A stretch of DNA of 32,584 nt. Source: Blastocystis sp. subtype 4. Taxonomy: Eukaryota. The DNA is taken from the NCBI RefSeq assembly GCF_000743755.1, contig NW_014569441.1:1-32584 (forward strand). The letters run 5' to 3'. Shown here piece after piece: positions 1 through 10,800 of the stretch. A model generated the notes under the pieces. It was not told where the DNA came from. It worked only from the letters and a program-made list of their open reading frames with translations, and searched no databases. Within the stretch, counting starts at the first letter, position 1; every line of letters starts with the position of its first letter. The translations under genes and the position numbers were made by a program.

Positions 1-350
1 CCCTTGTACACAATGTTTCCATTCATTCCTTCTATCTCAATCCAAGCTCCATTAGACCAGGAATCACCATATGAATCCTTCATCTCAAGGGAGTATTGAC
101 TGTTCGTTGAAGGCTGTAAGCATACTTCAAGAACTCTTACATCACTGTTCACCAATGAAGGGGACGTGAAAACCACAGTGGCACCGTCAGAGATTGTAAA
201 AGACTCTTCATTAGCATAACTCGCTGTTTTTTTCGTAATCTTTGCATACACCTGACTAGACGGACAGTCAACAGCAGTAGTTAGAGTGGCTACAGATAAA
301 ACAGTAACAAAGGTGCAACCGATGACCAACCAAAACACAAACCGATTCAT
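1..350 (-). CDS. Secreted/surface protein, 5' part only (runs off the window edge)
   Basis: Open frame from ATG at 350: MNRFVFWLVIGCTFVTVLSVATLTTAVDCPSSQVYAKITKKTASYANEESFTISDG...YSLEMKDSYGDSWSNGAWIEIEGMNGNIVYK. It has a hydrophobic signal peptide and a beta-rich segment with a DSYGDSW motif. Absent from the ORF track because it is truncated. Confidence 0.8.
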   Translation of the reverse strand, partial: MNRFVFWLVIGCTFVTVLSVATLTTAVDCPSSQVYAKITKKTASYANEESFTISDGATVVFTSPSLVNSDVRVLEVCLQPSTNSQYSLEMKDSYGDSWSNGAWIEIEGMNGNIVYK

Positions 351-1315
351 TTCCAAAGAATATTGTGTTTCTATGTCCATATTATATTGACATTCTAATA
401 GAACTAACGACCAGTAATAATGATAATAGCTATAAAAATGGCGATCACTAAATGGAAATTGTGTGTAATAAATGCTGTTGTCTATACTGATAGATATTCA
501 TGTTACTACTCGTTATTCACGTGTAGAAAACATCTTTTGGCAATACCAAAAGAGTGTTAAAAATGACCTTCTAGAAGAGAAAGAATGCACGATTGGGATT
601 AACTGAATAATATTCGAAATTACCATGAGTGTTCCAGGGATAATCTGGGAGTAAAAGGGATCTAAAGACTCTGCTTCTTAAGAAAACAATAATTATACTA
701 ATGTCATTGATTGGTTGCACCAAAATAAACCAATAAGAATGTAGAATAATGAATGATTGGACCTATTGGTTGCAAATGCTCTTGCTTTGCTATATGAAGT
801 TATCGTTAAGAATTATGAATAGTTCAAAAATTGTTGTTGAACTACACTCCTGGGATTATTCATGTTAATCAAGATAAGATGAGTGGTAAACTTATACTTC
901 TTCAGTAGAATTGGTTCGTCACATAGTGTATCAATTGTGAAAGGATATGATCAGTTGAGCATTTCCTCAGAAAAGGAATGTAGTTCATGGCCACTTAGTA
1001 TCTTCGCATTAGTCCTATAGCATTGTGCCACTAGATCATCGGTATCACTTTTGTTATAGTAAACTATGTTTGATTCAACAAAAATGAATCATGTCAACAA
1101 ATAACTTGTGAAGCCAAAACCAAAAAATGTATAGTAACAACAATAGTCGAGTTTACAGACTCTTATATTTGTATAGTAACGAGTACAGAATAGAGGAATC
1201 GATTCCATACAACGGTGCCACTAATTTCTAGGATTGTTCATATTACGACAAATGGAATAACAGTATTGGGACACCAATACTTTGGATTCCTGAATCATTC
1301 AGTTATGAAAGAAAA

Positions 1316-4290
1316 ATGTCGGTGAATCGAAGAGTCATGGTAAATCGAATTGCTGCTGAGCTAGAGCCGCTTCTGACAGCAGTCGATGAAGCCTGCCGTT
1401 TTTCATTTCGATGACTCTTTATTTCTAGCTATCTGCTATAATTCAACGTGCTCTACCGGCCTTGATGGTTGTGTCCATCGTTTCTGTAAAAACTGTTGCT
1501 CCAAACTGATCGAGGAAGTCCGTTTATTGTATTCTCTATAGCATAGAAAGTAGATTTGTGTCCTGTTTGCAAGTCTCAGTTTTCTGTATGTATCGTTGCA
1601 GATGTAGGATTACCAACTGTATATTGTGTAGAATTACATTTCTAAGATGGCTACAATTATTTTTGGAAATCAAGAAGTTGAATCCTCTTTGATTGATATA
1701 ATCGTATAGGACGTAGTAAAAAAGATTCATGAAACCAAATTTTTCACAAAAGTTGTCGTAGTAACTGATTGTGATCATAGGATGCCCAAAAGGCCTGCCT
1801 CTTTCTTGCAAGTGTTTATGGTCTCTCGAAGAATGTATGAAAATGATTCGAAATCAACTGTAGGCCTTTGGAATCGTTCAGAAGCGACTTGAATCTTATC
1901 ATGGAGATGATCTCAAGACACTGCTTTCCAGGATTCCATCCTCTGATTCGCTCTATCCTGATCGTGAATGCATCAAACTCATCTTCAACGAGAGTCATAC
2001 CATCATCGAAGATGGAAAGGCATTCTATGTAGGTAAATTCGATAAATCAGAATCAATTAATGGATCTGGCTTTGTTTATTATCCAAGCGGCATTATCGTA
2101 GAAGGTCTGATTCAAAATGGTGTTCCTGAGGGTCAGTGCACACTGCACTTCAGCCAGTCGGATGCAACCCAGCAGGTCACATTTGAGAATGGAAGGAGGC
2201 GGGGTGACAGTATCATCCAGACAGCCAGTGGACTGGTCTATCATATATGGATAGAGGATCAAAACCCTCAGCTATTTGAGAGTACTGTTCCTTTCTTACG
2301 TAATTATTACAATCATTCTCTCTTTGATTATGGTCATCCTCGATACTCCATTTTGGAATTATATTTGGAATCTCAAAAAATCTACTTATCGGATGATTTA
2401 TTCTGGTGGCTTACTATGTGTGACCTGCAACAATCATCACTAACTTTGGATGTGACGCGACCTGGGATGATCGAAATTGTGAATTATTTGAAATCAACAG
2501 TCGGAACCGAATCATTCATTCACAGTTCTCGCTTCAACCGTATTCAGGAAGTAACTCTTGTGTGTCATAATGTGATTCAACAAACATACCTGAACTATCT
2601 TCTACCTGAACTAGTTCGCTTTAAAAATGTTTCATTGTTTATGGAAGAAGAAATGAAGAGAGCAGATAAATATCATGTTCCCACGTCAATTCTACATCAA
2701 TTTCAGACAGTATGGTCAACTATAATGGATATATTGAATGATAGCACGAATTTAATACGTGTAGAAGTTATTGGTTGCCCTTTAAGTCAATTAATTCTAA
2801 TTGAATCCTTATGGACTCGTATTGAAGAACTAACTATACGACGTAATGAATAGTGATTAGAAATCATGGAGATAGAGTGTTATCTTGTTCAGTCTATTCA
2901 GTTTATATTCCAATCTACGAATATACGAACACTTACATTACAAGAATGTTCAATTCAAACACTTAGTATTAGTACTAATTTTGCCAAATGTGATTCTTTC
3001 ATGATTGATCGTATATTGAATACTAATACTATTATTATAGGCTGTTTACAATTAGAATCTATTGTTATTAACTCTCGTTGTCTATCAAACTGTACCAATC
3101 TTCAAATAACTCGTATTCATTTTATCGATCTATTATGAATAGAATGTTATAAGCTAATGACTCTGAAGATCATGGATGGAGTCATGAATTCCTCTTCGTT
3201 ATCATCTGTCACTCTCACTGATCTCACAGAACTACAGACCCTCACCTTTGGGCAAGATTCTTGTACTAATGTGACCTGGTTCCAGTTGAATCTTCCTCAT
3301 CTCACTACCTTCAGTATTGGTGAGGGAGCCTTCAATCATTGTCAGCAACTTCTCTTACAGTTTGTCCCAGAATTATTGCATTTTACCATCAACGATAATT
3401 CGTTTGCTGACACTTCGCTGGTCATCTATTGTTCATATTGCACATTCTACTCATGATTAGATCCTCTTCTCCGACTCAAAGAATTTGTCGTGGGAAAACG
3501 GTCGTTTTCGCATACACCTCTTCTAGTTCCTTCTAGTATGAGTTCCATAGTTGCCTAACCTCCAGAGTTCCCTTCATTGTGTCGTTTTGTTTGCGATGAT
3601 GAATCGTTTGCTAACACGCGTCTGGCTCCGATCTATGGCCAATTGGAAGAGGAAGTAAGTGAAGAGGTGATTGAACCCCGTACATCTCTGTCGGGTGATG
3701 AGCCACAGGCTCTGATCGCTAATCGTAATGGAAAATAGGGAGTATGATTCATAGCATTCAATACATTACGAGAGATTAGGATTGGGAAGAAGTGCTTCTT
3801 CACTACTGTTATTTTCTTCGTATATAGTAGGATTTATGGAATTCCTCAAATCATAGATATTCCGAATCTCGAATGTATCGAGGTCAAAGAAGGATCAATG
3901 AATGATTTGGTATGTGTGGCACTTACAGGTATCTTTTTTCCTATTCTTATACTTCAGATCTTCCTTCTTTGAATCAGTTTATTCTGGATCCTTCAATGAT
4001 GAAATCACTCTCGTCTCTTCGATTTTTCAATATTCCCCTTCTCAAACAGATACATCGAACGAAGACAGAAGTAATGTCTCCATTCCGATTCCCTGCTCTA
4101 GTCAATTTCCTTTATTATAATATCAGTAATGAATTGTTACAACATGCCCAATTGGTGCCAATCGTGGATGACCCACATCCTAATGAGAGTTTTGCAGGCG
4201 TTGAGTATCTGGGTCATGTATGTCACGAAATCCAGGAACTAACACCTGAGTATATTGCCAAAATGAAGCGGGAGTTTCAAAGTGGAAGAT
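1316..4290 (+). CDS. Multi-exon protein: N-terminal C3HC4 RING finger, MORN-like segment, BspA-like leucine-rich repeats; stop probably completed by polyadenylation at T4290
   Basis: Splicing ~13 GT-AG introns of 28-33 nt gives CPIC..CVHRFCKNC..CPVC (RING-HC), then YVGKFDKSESINGSGFVYYPSGIIVEGLIQNGVPEGQC (MORN-like), then LRR units such as LQTLTFGQDSCTNV, LTTFSIGEGAFNHC, LREIRIGKKCFFTT. TGTTTGTT lies at 4295. Confidence 0.75.
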
Positions 4291-4294
4291 GGAT

Positions 4295-4302
4295 TGTTTG
4301 TT
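4295..4302 (+). terminator. TGTTTGTT polyadenylation element
   Basis: Starts 5 nt after the in-frame T4290. Confidence 0.8.
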
Positions 4303-4353
4303 GTATTCTCCATATCTGTATTAACTGATCTACTAACACTGCTTTTCACTTCA

Positions 4354-5645
4354 ATGCTCCAAAGTCAAGCTACTGACTTTTTCCAATCTACTTTTGCTTA
4401 TAAACCATCAGTAGTTGCTTTTGCTCCTGGAATTATCAATCTCTTGGGTTGTCAAGTAAATGGGGGCGATGGAAGAGTCTGCTCATTAGCAACTCATCTT
4501 GGAACTATGGTTGTTGGATCTATGGCTGCGGGAAATGTACAATCTCTACTTCATTTTTACGTAGAAATGTCGTGTTATTATGGAAAACTCAGAGGATGTT
4601 GAGGAATTCGAAGGAGATAGCTCAATAAGTCCTCGTGATCAGAAATCTTGGCTCAATTGCATTATGGTACCTGAGGTTGATTATTTCTTTTATGCATAGG
4701 GAGTTGTCAATGAATTTCTAATCCAATTTGATAAGAAGTCTATAGGTTTTGATTTGGCTATCGTTACGAATTTGCCGGCTTCGGTAGATTTGGGAAGGTT
4801 AGCATCTATTGAAGTTGCAGTTTCTCTCTTTTTGGAGCAGATTCTTCTGGTTCCATTATCCCCAGAAGATCGGGCTAAATTGTGTCAGGCAGCAGAAGAA
4901 AACTTTACTCAGGTGCAGCAAGGTATTATGGACAAATTTGTTATATGTTGTGCACAGAAGGATACCATCATGTATTGTCACAGTCGCGAAAAGCCTGGAG
5001 AGTATATTCCATTTAATGCGAGTGTGATTGTATGTAATCCTGGAGTGAAACCCAAGTCCATTCCTAGTTGGAGTAATGTGCTTGCTGTTCTTCAGACAGT
5101 TTATCCCAATATCCACAGCCTCAACGATGTGGATACCTGTCAGGTCAATCTCATAAAGGACTCTCTTGGGGATGATTTGTACAAGATGGCTATTCACTGT
5201 ATATCAGAATGTCAGCGGGCCGCTGAGGGTAAACAAGCTTTGTTACGTGGTGACTATGAAAGCGTAGGCGGCTCGCTGATGTACAGCTTTGTGTCTTTCC
5301 GAGACATGCTGAAGGCCAGTTGTGACGAGATTGATGGACTGTCAGAACTGATTGCTGAAGAAGAGAGTGTGTATGGAATCAGAATGAATGAAGAAGGAGA
5401 GGTACTGATTCTTGTCGAGCGATCACAGGAGAAAAGGGTGGCAAGATGGTTAGAGCAAGAGTATAAGAAGCGATTTGGGAAGGTGTGTAAGATGATTGCC
5501 TGTTATCCATCGGATGGAGCCAAGATTATCTCGACGGAGAAGACTGAAGTAGGAACATACTCAAAGTGGAAGAACCCTTGGCTGTGGGCATGTGCTGCCA
5601 CTGTTGTTGGGGTTGGAGTAATGATGTTCATGCATTCACGTCATT
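4354..5645 (+). CDS. Galactokinase-like (GHMP-fold) protein with degenerate active-site motifs and a C-terminal TM anchor; stop probably poly(A)-completed at T5645 (genomic TGA at 5657-5659)
   Basis: FAPGIINLLG matches GalK APGRVNLIG, QGIMDKF matches CGIMDQF, and HCISECQRA and SFRDMLKASCDEID match the GalK C-domain. Two introns at ~4537-4564 and ~4667-4699. Hydrophobic tail WLWACAATVVGVGVMMFM. Confidence 0.75.
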
Positions 5646-5649
5646 GTTT

Positions 5650-5657
5650 TGTTTGTT
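5650..5657 (+). terminator. TGTTTGTT polyadenylation element
   Basis: Starts 5 nt after the in-frame T5645. Confidence 0.8.
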
Positions 5658-5830
5658 GATAAGTTGTTTATGGAAGTACTAATAATAGGATATGAAAGGC
5701 AAGGGACGAAGAATCCTTTAAAGACTAATTGGATAACTGAGTCTCCACAGGGAACCTATACTATCCTGCACTACTTTTCGTTCGTCCAATTACAGTTCTC
5801 GTTACATTATTCACTGTATCCTATGCACAA

Positions 5831-7586
5831 ATGAGTGTTGGATTTACAGGACGTCCTCTCCGTGTTCTAGGAATTGATTTCGGAAGTGCATCGATCAAAG
5901 TTGCGGCAAAAGTCAACAATGTTGTAACTGATGTGTCACTAAATGGAGATCGTGACACTCTCCCCACTCATCTTTGTTTTCGAGGAGGTGAGATCCTCTT
6001 CGGCTCAAATGCTAACCATACTGGAAAGAAGGATTACGACGGATATATTAACAATATTAAGCGTACACTGGGTATATATGAAATTGAAAGGGATCATTCA
6101 AAACAAGGTGATGGATTGTCAACCAGTCTAATACGTAGGAGATTGCTTGTATGAGAAGAAGTATGGAGATTTTACTTTTTCCCTTAACTCGTGCATGGCG
6201 GCTGCCATTCTATTTAAAGAAGTTCGTAAATCAGTTTTGCGGAAGATAGAAACTGATATCACAGACGTTGTGCTCACAGTACCTGTCAAGTTTACAGAGA
6301 AACAGAAGCAAGCCTTAATTGATGCTGCCAACATTGCAGGATATTATGTAGTTTCAGTTATTGTGGAGCCTGTTGCATCTTGTTTTAATTTTGTGGATAA
6401 GGAACAGACCTCATTAGGTGACCGATTCATTATTCTGTATCCTTGCTCTTTTTATATTATATCTTACGATTTCGGAGGTAGCACCTTTGATACAGCTGTT
6501 GTATACTATGATAATGGAAAGTATTCTGTATTGGCTACCGATGGAGACAAGGACCTTGGTGGTCGTAAAATCGAAAGCGATATTGTCGATTATTTAATGG
6601 ATAAATACCATATCGATCAGGAGAAGCGTAGCGAGGTCCATAATGCCTGTCGAACCGTCATTAGCGATGCTAACAACCAAAATCAGCCTCTAATTTTCAT
6701 CGAATCCTGCAGTCTTGAGATCAGACTCACAACTACAGAGATCAATACAATCATCAGCAAATATGCAGAGCGAGCCTCTACCATTGTCGAAACCATGATC
6801 CATGGAATCTCTCTCCCTCCAGATGCTATGGTGTATGTGTATATGACAGGTGGTATCAGCATGGTCAACACTGTGAGAGATTCGGTGAAGCAACGATTTC
6901 CTTTATTCAATGTGATGCAATCTACAACATTACATAGTGTTTCCCGTGGGGCACTAGTGTACGGGGAACGAAGTATGTTGAATAAACAGAAATCCATGCG
7001 ACAATTACTCAAACATTACTCTCATTTACCTGCCGAGTTTGTAATGCGTGATAACAACGGTTTTTCAATGACTGTGATTTCCATGAATCAGCCTCTTCCT
7101 ACGGAAGTATCCTTCTCGATCACATTACCAGCTTGTCCAGATTCTCGTTATTTGGCCTATTTCTATGCTGTTTACGATGCCGATCACGAAGAGGTGATGA
7201 ACAAACACATTCGTATCAATCGTGTGAAGGCTGCCGAGAAAGCGAAATTAACTGTGAAGATCGATACATATTTGGAAGTATCGTGTTCTGTCGAAGGTGA
7301 CACCATTATATACCGTGACAGTATCAGTGACCCTCTCCCTGAGAAGCGACGCACAATTGCGGAGATTAAACAGATGCAACAAGAGTATGAAACCACACTG
7401 AATGGGATTCATCATGGATGTCTCTTGGCAGAGTGCAGGAAACGATTGAGACAAGTGGAGAAAAGAGCTAAGAAGAAACCTGAGTTGCAAGAGAAGATTG
7501 AAGAATGTCGTGCCAAGATAGAAGATCCTCAGTTGTCCAATGAAGAGTTGCGAAAATTGTCGACAGAGATCATCAACCTCAAGTAA
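5831..7586 (+). CDS. Atypical Hsp70-family protein (actin-like ATPase domain plus divergent C-terminal region)
   Basis: VLGIDFGSAS, VVLTVPVKF, IVEPVASC, DFGGSTFD, DGDKDLGGRKIE and MTGGIS correspond to Hsp70 NBD motifs. A 31-nt intron at 6108-6138 joins ORFs 5831 and 6147. No EEVD or KDEL end. Confidence 0.85.
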
Positions 7587-7804
7587 TCTTAGTATTGCTT
7601 TATGTTTTTTCATGACTGGAGAGTATTAGATTATTCGTAAGTTGGGCAATGCCCAACGGACATGTCACAAATCTGAATGATTTTCATTGTTTGTTCAAAA
7701 ATCAATTTCCACAAGGTATTCCGAGCAGAACTCCCTGTAGGATTTGAGTGGCTGTTATTTTGGAATGTGGATTTGACAAATGGTGTAGAGAATTCTAGAA
7801 GAAG

Positions 7805-10800
7805 ATGCCATCGCTTTGTGGAAGTGTCGCACCTTTGCGAAGAATCAGAGAAATTGATTTTAGTATTCTGTCACCAGATGAGGTCATCAAGAACTCAGTA
7901 ACCACAGGAGAGACAAATGAGGACAGTGGAGTGTATCAGACTGAAATTTCCAAAAATGGACGTCCTCTAAGAGGTGGCCTAAACGATCCACGTCTCGGAA
8001 CTGTCAGTCGTACCGATGTTTGTGAAACTTGTCGCAGAAAGTACGAGGATTGCCCGGGTCACTTTGGACACATTATGCTGAATGCCGAAATCTTCCATAC
8101 AGGCTTTTTGGAACCAATGTACTAGGTATTCATATTCTGTTAGAAGTGTAGATATCGCGTCCTTTCAAGTGTCTGCTATAAATGTTCTCGTTGTCTTGTT
8201 GCTAGAGGTGACTTCCCTGAAGATGAGTTTGCGGTGGACAACTATCATCGCCTAGCCCGTGTGTTTGAGAGGGCTAAGGCTGTCAAAGTCTGCGATATCG
8301 CTAAAGGAGGTTGCGGTTGTCCCCGTGCTCAATATCACCGCGATGGGTTATTGTGTCTATAGAATGTAATCTATAGACTCAAGATCCGTCAAACAATCAA
8401 AAACTCCAATAATGAAGATGAAGTCAGTTACATTAGTCCCTCAGCTGTAAAGGATATATTCAGGCGAATCAGCCCCGAGGATGCAAGGTTCTTGGGTTTC
8501 GACTATCCAGACATCAAACCTGAATATATGATCTTGAATGTGATTCCTGTGCGAATGTGACGGATTGGTGAATTATAGGTTCCGCCTATCGCAGTGAGAC
8601 CATCTGTGATGCTTCCTGGGAGTACCACGTTAAGTGAGGATGATATTACTTTCGCTTTGGCAAATATCCTGAAGGCGAATATGGCTATTAAAGGAGATGT
8701 GAGGAATATATGTGTGTAGTGATAACTAGCAATATCGAGGGAAGAAAGGAGATGAGATGAATGGTATTATTGAGATGCTTCAAGTATACTACTCAAATTA
8801 TATCGATAATGAACGAGCTGGTGTTGTCTCCGCAGTACAGAAAAACAAACGACCCTTAAAGACATTCCGTCAGCGTATTAAGGGGAAAACAGGCCGAGTC
8901 CGAGGCAACTTGATGGGTAAACGAGTGAACTTCAGTGGTCGATCGGTTATCACTGCTGATCCAACAATTGATATTGATGAGGTAGGTGTACCTCGCTCAT
9001 TGGCCAAGATCCTTACCTTTCCTGAACGAGTAACTCGTTTCAATATCAAGAAATTGACAGAATTAGTGGCTAGAAAGGATGAATGGCCCGGAGCCAAGTA
9101 TTACATTGATAATGATGGTGTTCGTCATGATCTTCACTATGTTCGTGGTACTCCAACATTAAAAGAAGGAATGATTGTGGAACGTCATATTAATAACGGA
9201 GATATTGTCTTATTTAACAGACAGCCTTCATTACATAAGATGTCCATCATGGGACATCGAGTTCGAGTGTTGGATTATTCTACTTTCAGACTCAATCTAT
9301 CATGTACTACTCCTTATAACGCTGATTTTGATGGAGATGAAATGAATATTCATGTTCCACAAGTAAGTGTGAATTCCCGCGGTAATCGATAGACTGTACA
9401 AGCCCGAGCAGAAGTGACAGAGCTAATGATGGTACATAAGAATATTGTCAGTCCTAAGAGCAACTGTCCCGTCATGGGCATTGTCCAAGATACGTTACTA
9501 GGATCACAGAAACTTACGCAACGAGATACCTTCATTCCACGCGATATGATGATGAATATGGTGATGTGGATCGATGACTTTGATGGTCTGGTACCTGTGC
9601 CTGCTGTGATGGCACGGAAGAATGGGAAGATTATCACTTTTTGGACTGGGAAGCAAATGTATTCATTCCTCTTGCCTGTAAGCGAGAATTAATCTGTGTG
9701 ATGTGTAGAAGGATTTAAATTTACGACGCTTGTCAACAACATATGATAAAGACAAACGACTTGCATTGAACTGTATAGATTCAGAAGTGTTGATTCTGGA
9801 GGGTGAGCTCCTCATGGGTGTGATTGATAAGAATTGTATTGGTAATACCAAATCAGGAGGCATTACTCATGTCTTAATGAATGATAAGGGTCCTGAAGCT
9901 GCTCGAATGTTCCTTGGACTCAATCAGCGAATGGTGAACTATTGGTTAATGAACCGCGGCTTTTCCGTCGGTTTAGGAGATATGGTTCCAACTCCAGAGA
10001 CGATGCATGAAGTAATGCGTTTGATTTCATCGGTGAAAGATGATGTGACAAAGCTAATTCAGAAAGGTCAACATAAGGAATTAGAGAAACAGCCTGGTAA
10101 AACGATCGAACAATTCTTTGAATGGAGTGTGAATAGCTTATTGAATACGATGGCAAAGAAGACTCAAAAGGAGATTATGAAGAATCTACGAAGTGATAAT
10201 AGTATGCAGGCAATGGCTCTAGCTGGATCCAAGGGTTCACCATTGAATTTGCAGCAGATTAGTGGTTGTGTGGGTCAACAGAATGTGGATGGAAAGCGTA
10301 TTTCATATGGTTTCCGTTATCGAACCTTGCCTCATTTCTGTAAGGATGATTTGGGAGCCGATGCCCATGGATTTGTAGTGAATTCATATCTGAAGGGCTT
10401 GACTCCGCAGGAGTTTTACTTCCACGCTATGGGAGGTCGTGAAGGTATTATTGATACAGCTGTGAAGACCAGTAAAACGGGTTATATTCAACGTAGATTA
10501 ATCAAATCAATGGAAGATCTAATGGTGTATTATGATGGAACAGTTCGTAATAGTCGAGGTCAAATTGTTCAATTCTTATATGGTGAAGATGGAATGGATT
10601 CTCGTTGGATTGAAGATCAATCCATTCCAATTCTCCATATGAATCTCAAGATGATGGCAAGAACATACCATTGGGATTTAGCAAACTATCGCTTCGGTTA
10701 TGTGGACAGTATGTCCAATCGAATGTGGCTTAAAGAAGAAACAGTTGAGGTGATTCGTCATTCACTGGATATTCAGCATGCTCTCGAAAGTGAGTATGAA

